The notes: generated by a model from the letters alone, not told the origin. 64,000 bases of DNA from Bacteroidota bacterium (GCA_030622635.1 JAUXFX010000001.1:306-64305); one strand, 5' to 3'. Shown: positions 18,798 to 26,616, counted from the first letter of the stretch. Numbers and translations: made by a program.

Positions 18798-20897
18798 ATG
18801 ATAAAACGGGGCTTGAACATACTCATTCATCCTTTAACTCTCAGTTTGCTGATAAGCTGTATTATAATTTCTTTACTTCCTCCTGTATTTAATAAATACA
18901 AGGCTAAAATCAATGAGACAAGAAAAATTCATGAACCTGAAATCTTTTCATATTATGATTTGGACTCTGACGGTTTTAGTGAAGAAATCTTGTATTATGG
19001 CCCACCTGATAATTATCCTTCATTAATTGTAAGAAATAAAGGAAAAATTATTGATCAAAAGAATTTTGAGGGAGTTTTTACCCCAGGTGATTTTTTTATA
19101 TATTGCGATTACAATAGTGATTCTATTGCTGAAATATTTGTTTTAACAATTAAAAATGATTCAATTATCCTTACCGGTGTTAACCCATATAAGGTTGGGG
19201 AAACTCATTTCATAAAGTTATTCATTGACAAATGCAGTATGTATGATGGTAGATACGATTGCCATGCTCATTTCTGTGACTCACCTGATACTGATGAGAA
19301 CGGTTACAAGGAACTGGTTTTCGGAATAAATACAGGGAGGTCAAAACAACCAAGAAATCTATACTTGGTGGATATTTTCAATGACACAGTTATTAAATCG
19401 CCGGTAAGTGGCACTGCAATCCATATACCTGTAGCTTTTGATATAAATAATGACGGATACAATGAATATATGGGGAAAAGTTGTGCGCATGGAAACTTTT
19501 ATAGGGATTCAATAGATTATCCCGATACACATGCCTGGCTAATGGTATTAGACAGAAAAATGAATTTTTTATTTGAACCCAAAAAGTTTGGCCAGTACAA
19601 AACAATTATAGATGTAAAGCCATTTAGGCCATTTAAAACTAATTATCTTATTGTTTTACAAAAACACCAGGGGACAGAAAACATAGATAACAAGCTTATA
19701 TTGTTTGATTCTAATGGGAATGAAATCAAGGAAAGATTATTAGAAGATTTTAGTGTCATTGAAAATTCATTTCTTATGTCACGAGATAAAGTAAGATGTA
19801 ATGATTTATACTTGTTCCTAAATAATGGACAAATTGAGCAAATTGATTCGAATTTAAATATTGTTAGCAAAATTTCTCTACCGGATATTCAAAATGTAAG
19901 GCCTTTTCGTATTGATGCGGATTTAGATGGATTGGATGAATTTGTCTTCACTGCGCAAGATAAACAAGGTTTGATCATAACAAGAAATGATTTTACATTT
20001 CCTGTTAAATTGGAATTTATCAATAATATGAATGTATGGCCATATTTTTCTATTAAAAGGCAAGGATACGAAAAACCGAAACTTTATACTCAAATAGGCG
20101 GGCAAAGTTTTATTATAGAATACTCTAAAAATCCACTACATCCCCTTAAATACTTCATCTGGATTGGAATATATGTGGGTGTCTTTTTCTTCCTTTTTCT
20201 TTTACAAAAAGTACAACAGATCAGAGCAAAGCATAAATATGAAACAGAAAAGAAGATCGCCGAGCTGCAGCTTAAGTATGTAAAAACCCAGACTGACCCT
20301 CATTTCACTTTGAATATTATAAATTCATTAGGAACCTTATTTTACCAAAATGATCCGGATAAGGCAAACTATATTTTTGGTAAATATGCCCAAATGTTAA
20401 GAAATACTATTTTACGCTCTGACGATATTTCAATCTCTTTGTCCGAAGAAATTGAATATGTTGAAAATTTTCTGGATCTTGAGAAATTCAGTCTGAATAA
20501 TAAGTTTGATTATAAAATTGAGATAGCTAAAAATGTAAATCAGGATAATAAAGTACCAAAGATGCTTTTACATACTTTTGTTCAAAATGCGATAAAACAC
20601 GGAATCAGGCATTTAAAGACCAAAGGAGAATTAAATATCAGTTTGGAAGCAAGTAACAAAAATTACATTTTTACTATTAGTGATAATGGTGTTGGCAGGA
20701 TAAAAGCAAAAGAATATTCTAAATTAAGCACAGGAAAGGGATTGAAGATACTTGATCAAATATTAGAGCTTTACTATAATCTGGAAGGGATCAAGATAAA
20801 ATATGATATTGTTGATTTATATGATAATTTTGGGGATCCGGCAGGTACAAAAGTAATAATTAATGTACCTGTTAAAATTAACGTGAGTCCAGGATAA
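18798..20897 (+). CDS. Sensor histidine kinase: N-terminal TM, FG-GAP/VCBS-like beta-propeller sensor, TM, LytS/YehU-type His_kinase + GHKL ATPase
   Basis: 699 aa. There are five DxDxDG-like repeats (DLDSDGFSE, DYNSDSIAE, DTDENGYKE, DINNDGYNE, DADLDGLDE). A TM segment YFIWIGIYVGVFFFLFLL follows, then TDPHFTLNIINSL and ISDNGVG...GKGLK. Confidence 0.8.
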   Translation: MIKRGLNILIHPLTLSLLISCIIISLLPPVFNKYKAKINETRKIHEPEIFSYYDLDSDGFSEEILYYGPPDNYPSLIVRNKGKIIDQKNFEGVFTPGDFFIYCDYNSDSIAEIFVLTIKNDSIILTGVNPYKVGETHFIKLFIDKCSMYDGRYDCHAHFCDSPDTDENGYKELVFGINTGRSKQPRNLYLVDIFNDTVIKSPVSGTAIHIPVAFDINNDGYNEYMGKSCAHGNFYRDSIDYPDTHAWLMVLDRKMNFLFEPKKFGQYKTIIDVKPFRPFKTNYLIVLQKHQGTENIDNKLILFDSNGNEIKERLLEDFSVIENSFLMSRDKVRCNDLYLFLNNGQIEQIDSNLNIVSKISLPDIQNVRPFRIDADLDGLDEFVFTAQDKQGLIITRNDFTFPVKLEFINNMNVWPYFSIKRQGYEKPKLYTQIGGQSFIIEYSKNPLHPLKYFIWIGIYVGVFFFLFLLQKVQQIRAKHKYETEKKIAELQLKYVKTQTDPHFTLNIINSLGTLFYQNDPDKANYIFGKYAQMLRNTILRSDDISISLSEEIEYVENFLDLEKFSLNNKFDYKIEIAKNVNQDNKVPKMLLHTFVQNAIKHGIRHLKTKGELNISLEASNKNYIFTISDNGVGRIKAKEYSKLSTGKGLKILDQILELYYNLEGIKIKYDIVDLYDNFGDPAGTKVIINVPVKINVSPG

Positions 20898-20935
20898 ATA
20901 AAGAACATAATCGGGTAATTCGTTAAAAAATGGAT

Positions 20936-20983
20936 AATTAACCTAATTTCTAATTGATCTAATTGACCTAAAAAATGACCAAT
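20936..20983. repeat. 48-nt direct repeat, copy 1 (upstream of the four-helix-bundle gene)
   Basis: aattaacctaatttctaattgatctaattgacctaaaaaatgaccaat is identical base for base to 21379-21426. Confidence 0.95.
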
Positions 20984-21019
20984 TTAAAATGACCAATAAA
21001 TAAAAAATAATTAATTAAT

Positions 21020-21376
21020 ATGGAAAAGGACGATATAAAATATGATTTAGAAGAAAGAACAGCTAAGTTTGGAGAAGATGTTATAGAATTTTGTAAAAAA
21101 GTTCCAAGAGACCTGATAACAAATCCGCTAATCACACAGCTTGTTAAATCAGGTACTAGTGTTGGGGCTAATTATTGTGAAGCCGATGATGCAGAGAGTA
21201 AAAAAGATTTTAAACACAAAATAGGGATAGTTAAAAAAGAATCTCGGGAATCAAAGCACTTCATACGAATGATTGTTTTTGCTGTTCCTGAATTGAAAAA
21301 GGATGGACAACCATTATGGCAGGAAGCAAAAGAATTAAATTTAATATTCAATTCAATTTTTCATAAAGTGAAGTAA
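21020..21376 (+). CDS. Four-helix-bundle protein (23S rRNA intervening-sequence protein / Avd-like family)
   Basis: 118 aa. LVKSGTSVGANYCEADDAESKKDFKHKIGIVKKESRESKHFIRMI matches the family pattern (SxGANxxEA ... E..Et..wl). Confidence 0.85.
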   Translation: MEKDDIKYDLEERTAKFGEDVIEFCKKVPRDLITNPLITQLVKSGTSVGANYCEADDAESKKDFKHKIGIVKKESRESKHFIRMIVFAVPELKKDGQPLWQEAKELNLIFNSIFHKVK

Positions 21377-21378
21377 AA

Positions 21379-21426
21379 AATTAACCTAATTTCTAATTGA
21401 TCTAATTGACCTAAAAAATGACCAAT
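21379..21426. repeat. 48-nt direct repeat, copy 2 (starts 3 nt after the four-helix-bundle stop)
   Basis: Identical to 20936-20983; the period is 443 bp. Confidence 0.95.
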
Positions 21427-21474
21427 GTAATAATAACCAAAATTTAGACATTAGATTTTGGGATTTGATTAGAG

Positions 21475-21504
21475 CAATTAGATCAATTAGAGTAATTAGA
21501 AATT
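21475..21504. repeat. Imperfect inverted copy of the 48-mer core
   Basis: The reverse complement of caattagatcaattagagtaattagaaatt is aatttctaattactctaattgatctaattg. This matches ctaatttctaattgatctaattg (21386-21408 and 20943-20965) apart from a 9-nt extra syllable. Confidence 0.8.
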
Positions 21505-21546
21505 TAAAACATATTAGAGCAGTTATAATAAATTTAATGATCAACT

Positions 21547-22149
21547 ATGAAACAAATAACCTGCATAATACTTGATGATGAAAAAGAGGCAAGGGATAGA
21601 ATTGTAATACTTTTAAGTAAGTTTGAAGGTATTAAGATAATTGGCATTGAAGGAGAACCGGAAAAAGGCATTGATAGTATTACTTCAAAAATACCCGATT
21701 TAGTATTTATTGATGTTGAAATGCCAAGGTTAACCGGTTTTGATGTAGTACGTGAAGTCAGAAAAAATAATGTAAATCCAGATTTCATTTTTGTAACCGG
21801 ATATAATCAATATGCTATCAAAGCAATTAAAAAAGAAGCATTTGATTACCTCCTCAAACCGGTTGATATTGATGAATTAAATGAAACAATAAACAGATAT
21901 AAAAGTAGCATTTATACGCGTTTAAAAGAAAAAAAATCTAAACAAACTGATGTGCTCAGTAAGTTCTCTGAAAGGGAAATAGAAATAATAAAGTTAATTG
22001 CCGAATATAAAACAAGCAAGCAAATTTCTGAAAAATTATATATCAGTAAAAATACAGTTGATACCCACAGGAGAAACATTTTAGAAAAAGCAGGGCTTCA
22101 TAAAACTGCTGAATTGGTGGTATTTGCGAGGGAAAATGGGCTGGTATAA
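21547..22149 (+). CDS. Response regulator, REC domain + LuxR/NarL-type HTH
   Basis: 200 aa. It has ILDDE...DLVFIDVEMP...KP (REC) and a C-terminal FSEREIEIIKLIAEYKTSKQISEKLYISKNTVDTHRRNILEK. Confidence 0.85.
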   Translation: MKQITCIILDDEKEARDRIVILLSKFEGIKIIGIEGEPEKGIDSITSKIPDLVFIDVEMPRLTGFDVVREVRKNNVNPDFIFVTGYNQYAIKAIKKEAFDYLLKPVDIDELNETINRYKSSIYTRLKEKKSKQTDVLSKFSEREIEIIKLIAEYKTSKQISEKLYISKNTVDTHRRNILEKAGLHKTAELVVFARENGLV

Positions 22150-22315
22150 ATTTGTTTTAACTTTGTTTGTATTATTTATCTAAAATTAAATCTTTGTCAA
22201 ATATTAAACTATTTCAAGCCCAATGCGTGATGCAGATATAGCCGATACCGAAACACTTTTGAGTTGTAACATCAAAAAATTATTTACAAAAATTGAATTT
22301 CTGGTGTAAAACACT

Positions 22316-22323
22316 TATCTTTG
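22316..22323 (+). promoter_or_regulatory. TAnnTTTG box (TATCTTTG) upstream of hicB
   Basis: It lies 41 nt upstream of ATG 22364. Confidence 0.4.
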
Positions 22324-22363
22324 TAGAAATGATAAAACGGGATAATAAAAATAATCAATTGTT

Positions 22364-22570
22364 ATGGAATATACTGCAATTATAAATAATATTGAGGATT
22401 GGTGGGTAGGGTGGATTGAGGAGATTCCAGGTGTAAATTGCCAGGAAAAAACCCGAAGTAAATTATTAGAAAGCCTGAAAATAATCCTGAAAGAAGCCCT
22501 GGAATTTAACAGGCAAGATGCACTATCAGTTGCCGGAGAAGGTTATGAAGAAGAGAGAATAGCTGTATGA
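22364..22570 (+). CDS. hicB: HicB-family antitoxin (short form)
   Basis: 68 aa. MEYTAIINNIEDWWVGWIEEIPGVNCQEKTRSKLLESLKIILKEALEF matches the HicB N-domain pattern. Its stop overlaps the hicA start (ATGA). Confidence 0.7.
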   Translation: MEYTAIINNIEDWWVGWIEEIPGVNCQEKTRSKLLESLKIILKEALEFNRQDALSVAGEGYEEERIAV

Positions 22571-22761
22571 AAAGAAGCAAACTTCTTAAGTATCTGCGAA
22601 TAAATGGTTGCATATTATTACGTGAAGGAGGAAATCATTCGTGGTGGATAAACCCGGCACAAAATAAACGTTCTTCAATTCCACGACATAATGAAATTAA
22701 AAATGAATCTTACAGCAATAATCGAAAAATCAGAAGATGGTTGGTATGTCGGGCAAATTGA
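22567..22761 (+). CDS. hicA: HicA-family toxin with atypical C-terminus
   Basis: MKRSKLLKYLRINGCILLREGGNHSWWINPAQNKRSSIPRHNEIK is canonical HicA. The last 19 aa (NESYSNNRKIRRWLVCRAN) are encoded out of frame over the next hicB-like gene and do not resemble the usual C-terminal helix. Confidence 0.65.
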   Translation: MKRSKLLKYLRINGCILLREGGNHSWWINPAQNKRSSIPRHNEIKNESYSNNRKIRRWLVCRAN

Positions 22762-22897
22762 GGAGTTTCCAGCTGCAATATCACAGGGCAAAACAATAGA
22801 TGAACTGAAAGCGAATTTGATTGATGCTTTTATGCTGCTTTTAGAAACAAACAAAGAAAGTTATTTAGCAAATACACAATTAGTATGCGATTGCTGA
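22703..22897 (+). CDS. hicB: Second HicB-family antitoxin
   Basis: MNLTAIIEKSEDGWYVGQIEEFPAAISQGKTIDELKANLIDAFMLLLE is a classic HicB pattern. The track start 22691 is also possible. Confidence 0.65.
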   Translation: MNLTAIIEKSEDGWYVGQIEEFPAAISQGKTIDELKANLIDAFMLLLETNKESYLANTQLVCDC

Positions 22898-23398
22898 ATA
22901 ACATGTAACTTGCCATTTGATTAGAAATTAGTGCAATTAGATTAATTAGGTCAATTTCGTTTCAATCATTTAAAGTAATGTTAAAATTTTTAAGTTGTGA
23001 ACAGTTACAAATATAGTTTAATATTCCCTGACTCAAAAAAATCTGCAGGATATACGCCCCTTTGTTTAGTTGTGGATATATTATTCAAACACCCAATATC
23101 AAAAAAACAAATAACAACCCGCCGGGGTGCTGACAAGTTTAACCATTTAACAATTCAACCATTTAACTCCAGATACGCTCATTCTTCGCTATCGGGATCT
23201 CCGCTTCGCTCCGACATTCATCAATTTTAAAATCTAAATTTTAAAATCTAAAATCATAAATCACAAATCCCTCCATCCCCTTTTAATAGTATCAATTTAC
23301 CATTTTGATGGTATTGGAAGTTGGTATCATCTGGTTGTAATTTTGTTTCAGTTTATTTTAAATCAAATTATTTTATTAATCAAAAATAGGAGGTTATT

Positions 23399-25069
23399 AT
23401 GAAAAAAGTATTTTTTACTATTCTTGGAATCTTAGTTTTTTGTGGATTATTCGCACAGGAGATACCACAGAAAATATCTTATCAGGGTAAATTGCTTGAA
23501 AATGGCAACCCTGTAAACGGAACAAAAAGCATCACATTTACCATCAGTACGTGGAGCGAAACAAAAAGCGTTACAGTAAATAACGGGCTGTATTCAGTAA
23601 CACTTGGCGAAACAACGCCTATTCCAACAAGTATTTTTGATAATACTTCAAGTGTTACTTTGCAAATATCAGTTGAAGGTGTTACGCTTTCACCTCAAAC
23701 AGATATATTATCAGTTGCTTATGCTTATAAAGCTTATAAAGCAGAAAAATCTGTAGATGCAGAGAAAATAGCAGGTAATCCTGTATCAGGTACTCCAAGT
23801 ACAAATCAAGTATTAAAATGGAATGGTACTCAATGGGTGCCTAACACAGATTTAACTGGGGGTCCCCCAACAGGCACAGCGAGTGGTGATTTATCAGGGA
23901 ATTATCCAAATCCAAAAGTAATTGGCTTGCAGAACAAGCCTGTTTCAAGTTTAGCACCTTCTACAAATAAGGTATTAAAATGGGATGGATCACAATGGAA
24001 ACCTCAAATAGATGAAACTCTTAATGGTACTCAAGCGGGTGGTGATTTATCAGGGAATTATCCAAATCCAAAAGTAATCGGCTTGCAGAACAGGCCTGTT
24101 TCAAGTTCAACACCTTCTACAAACCAAGTGTTAACATGGAGTGGGAACCAATGGAAACCGTCAAATCCAACAGGCAGCAGTCTCTGGTCACAAAGTGGTA
24201 GCAACATCTTTTACAATTCTGGCAATGTTGGTATTGGAACTTCTAATCCATATGGAATCTTTGAAGTTTTTAGTACAAGCAATGTAGAAGAGTATGTAAC
24301 ATCAGGCTCTGCAACAGGTTCTGCTAGAACATGGTATTCGTCTGGTTCAGTAGGTTTTGGTAATTCGTGGAATGTTGGTATTAGAGGTGACTTGAATAAA
24401 GGATACGCTATTGAAAGTTATTCAGGAGGTTGGGCACCAAGATTGTTTATTACACAAGCAGGGAATGTTGGAATTAACACGTCAAATCCACAAGAACTCC
24501 TTAATGTAGCAGGGGGGACGATAGAAGTTTACCCGGCTACTGATGGTCAAAGAGGGATTAGGATTAGGTCTGCTGATCAAAGCGAAAATTTTATTCTTGA
24601 CATGAAAAATGATGGCACAATGCAAATAGGTGCAAATTCAGGCACTATGCAGTTATCTTCTACATTCGGAGTTGATTCACGCAACTTATCGGGTACATGG
24701 CGGCCCATGAGTGCATCTAGCTTCAATGTCCGGAGTTCAAGAAGTCTCAAGTCTAACATAAAATATATTGACCAATTCGGCACCGCATATTGGCTTGAGC
24801 AAATCTTACTAATGAAGCCTGCCAACTATATTTATAATTGGGAAGCTGAATCAACTCAATCTCGACTTGGTTTCATTGTAGAAGAATTACCCGAAGAATT
24901 AAAGGGGCAAGATGGTAAATCTGTTAACCTTTATGCACTAACAAGTGCTGGAATAGTAGGTATTAAAGGTTTGTATCTAATGTTGGAGAAACAGCAAGAA
25001 CTTATTAAAAGTTTACAGGAAGAAATAGAAGCATTGAAAAATAAGGAGGACAACCATGAAACCAATTAA
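23399..25069 (+). CDS. Secreted tail-fiber-like protein with C-terminal intramolecular-chaperone (peptidase S74-like) domain
   Basis: 556 aa with signal peptide MKKVFFTILGILVFCGLFAQ. It has 2.5 tandem repeats of GDLSGNYPNPKVIGLQN[KR]PVSS..PSTN.VL.W.G.QW.P. The C-terminus is SSRSLKSNIKYI...RLGFIVEELPEEL...VNLYALTSAGIVGIKGLYLMLEKQQELIKSLQEEIEALK. AGGAGG lies 5 nt before the ATG. Confidence 0.75.
   Translation: MKKVFFTILGILVFCGLFAQEIPQKISYQGKLLENGNPVNGTKSITFTISTWSETKSVTVNNGLYSVTLGETTPIPTSIFDNTSSVTLQISVEGVTLSPQTDILSVAYAYKAYKAEKSVDAEKIAGNPVSGTPSTNQVLKWNGTQWVPNTDLTGGPPTGTASGDLSGNYPNPKVIGLQNKPVSSLAPSTNKVLKWDGSQWKPQIDETLNGTQAGGDLSGNYPNPKVIGLQNRPVSSSTPSTNQVLTWSGNQWKPSNPTGSSLWSQSGSNIFYNSGNVGIGTSNPYGIFEVFSTSNVEEYVTSGSATGSARTWYSSGSVGFGNSWNVGIRGDLNKGYAIESYSGGWAPRLFITQAGNVGINTSNPQELLNVAGGTIEVYPATDGQRGIRIRSADQSENFILDMKNDGTMQIGANSGTMQLSSTFGVDSRNLSGTWRPMSASSFNVRSSRSLKSNIKYIDQFGTAYWLEQILLMKPANYIYNWEAESTQSRLGFIVEELPEELKGQDGKSVNLYALTSAGIVGIKGLYLMLEKQQELIKSLQEEIEALKNKEDNHETN
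23885..24146 (+). repeat. Intragenic tandem duplication, 156-nt period (52 aa)
   Basis: ggtgatttatcagggaattatccaaatccaaaagtaat[tc]ggcttgcagaaca[ag]gcctgtttcaagtt... at 23885 and again at 24041. Identity is high by eye over about 105 nt. A more diverged partial unit lies at 23771-23850. Confidence 0.85.
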
Positions 25070-25562
25070 AATACTTTCAATTGCTATATTTTTACTCTGC
25101 TTGAATAATTTCACTCAAGCCCAAAATTATAGCACTTTAGCTGAAGTGCTTTCATCTGGTGGTGGCGAATCCGTCGGGAGTAATTATTCAAATTTTGGGG
25201 TAATTGGTGAAACATTTGTAAGTTATTCTGTAACAGGTGGAAATTATAATACATCCTTTGGATTTCTATATGCATCTGCCATTATTATAGGGATTAACGA
25301 AATGATTTTTAATAATCAATTTATTAGAATATTTCCAAACCCATCAAATGATATAGTTTATATTAAAACAACCGAAACAGGTTTATTCATTAAAAATATT
25401 GAAATATTAAATGTGATCGGAAAATCAGTATATCAAAGAGTTTTGGATAATGCAAATGATTTAATTAAAATATCTGTAACTGATTTTCAACCAGGTTTTT
25501 ATTTTATTAAGCTACATACAAATAAAGGAGTAGTCTTAAATAAATTCATAATTAATCGGTAG
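25056..25562 (+). CDS. Small secreted protein with T9SS type A C-terminal sorting domain
   Basis: 168 aa with a signal peptide. The C-terminal IRIFPNPSNDIVYIKT...GKSVYQ...DFQPGFYFIKLHTNKGVVLNKFII is a Por secretion tail. The start overlaps the upstream gene by 14 nt. AAGGAGG lies 6 nt before the ATG. Confidence 0.8.
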   Translation: MKPIKILSIAIFLLCLNNFTQAQNYSTLAEVLSSGGGESVGSNYSNFGVIGETFVSYSVTGGNYNTSFGFLYASAIIIGINEMIFNNQFIRIFPNPSNDIVYIKTTETGLFIKNIEILNVIGKSVYQRVLDNANDLIKISVTDFQPGFYFIKLHTNKGVVLNKFIINR

Positions 25563-25583
25563 TATTTTATTTAGCGTAAAACT

Positions 25584-25619
25584 AGGCTATCTAAAAAGCA
25601 AGATAGTCTGGTTTTTTCT
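25584..25619 (+). terminator. Rho-independent terminator-like hairpin plus T-run
   Basis: ctaggctatct-aaaaagca-agatagtctgg is followed by tttttt, 22 nt after the stop at 25562. Confidence 0.5.
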
Positions 25620-25674
25620 TATTTTAAAAAAGAAATTGAAAGTGCGTGAAATAATAAATAACAAAGTAGATAAG

Positions 25675-26034
25675 ATGCAGATCACGGATATCATAAAAAC
25701 ATATCTGGATTGGTCTGCTTATTCCAAATCGCAAGATTACCAAGAGATGTTGAATATAACTATTCCCAATTCCAAGTTCTTTGAGATTTCAAATTTATGC
25801 AAAAAAAGCTGGGCTCTCGGTATAGATTGTTATTATGAGTTTAGTTCTGTTAAGGTCATTAAAATAATTAACACTCCGCATAGTGCATTGGTAAAAGGAG
25901 ATATAAGGTTAATTCAATCCAATAAAAAATTAAGTTTCAAAGGGAAATTCCAATCAAGCTGTTTGTTTGAAACAATTGATAATAAAGGAAATTCATGGAA
26001 ATTGAATGAACTTGGAATAGATTGGGAGCTTTGA
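25675..26034 (+). CDS. Hypothetical protein (no family recognised)
   Basis: 119 aa from ATG 25675 (the track start 25636 is TTG). I recognise no motifs. It is the last gene of the accessory segment. Confidence 0.4.
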   Translation: MQITDIIKTYLDWSAYSKSQDYQEMLNITIPNSKFFEISNLCKKSWALGIDCYYEFSSVKVIKIINTPHSALVKGDIRLIQSNKKLSFKGKFQSSCLFETIDNKGNSWKLNELGIDWEL

Positions 26035-26409
26035 GGTATATAGTGTTTGCAAGGACTATATAATACAAATTCGGGTCTGTTCATAAATTCAAACAATTTT
26101 TGTTACTGTTGACATAATATTTTTTGTTAAAAGTATTGAAACAGCATCAAAATCAAAACACACTTCTTAATTCGTTGTTCAAATGTTCAAATGTTCGTTA
26201 TTCAATTTTACATGAGGCTGAACAGTAACCAATTTTTTAAATTTGGTGCTTGTAATTTGTTATTTTTAATATTTATTTAAACTATCGGACTTTATGGACG
26301 GACTAAATAGCTTGAGTTAATAATTATAAAAATCCTTTTAACGTATTATCAATAAAAATATTTACTTTTGTAATTGAAACTATAATATTGAACAAAAAAC
26401 ATAACATTT

Positions 26410-26616
26410 ATGAAAGGCATTAATTTTGTAACCAACGACAAGGGGAAAAAAATTGCATTGCAATTAGATTTACAAAATCCTGATGAAAGGATGATTGAGT
26501 TAATTGAGGAAATTGAAGATATTATTGATGTGGATTTAAGGAAAAATGACAGTACAAGAAATTATCTTGTAATTAGAGAAGAGTTGAAGGAAAAAGGAAT
26601 TATCAGCAATTCTTGA
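26410..26616 (+). CDS. Orphan antitoxin (paralog of 18302-18508)
   Basis: 68 aa. MKGINFVTNDKGKKIALQLDLQNPDERMIELIEEIEDIIDVDLRKN... is near-identical to the first copy. Confidence 0.55.
   Translation: MKGINFVTNDKGKKIALQLDLQNPDERMIELIEEIEDIIDVDLRKNDSTRNYLVIREELKEKGIISNS

Noticed and set aside
22223-22306. 27-codon ORF MRDADIADTETLLSCNIKKLFTKIEFLV, a possible GNAT N-terminal remnant
   Set aside because: The resemblance to acetyltransferase N-termini is too short and generic. Its 3' part resembles the degraded TA 3' flank instead, so it is left unannotated.
22997-23230. 77-aa plus-strand ORF between hicB2 and the fiber gene
   Set aside because: It reads through the aaccattta/ttcgct/atctaaa low-complexity arrays. 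The TTG-type start and repeat-derived peptide argue against coding.
21020-25069. Diversity-generating retroelement (Avd-like four-helix-bundle gene plus a repeat-containing fiber gene)
   Set aside because: There is no reverse transcriptase anywhere in the window. I could find no template/variable repeat pair with adenine-specific differences. The fiber's repeats are a simple tandem duplication.
23399-25562. Prophage or phage remnant
   Set aside because: Only the fiber-like gene has phage flavour. There are no capsid, terminase, portal, baseplate, integrase or lysis genes. The protein has a Sec signal and a T9SS-tagged neighbour, which points to a cellular surface structure.
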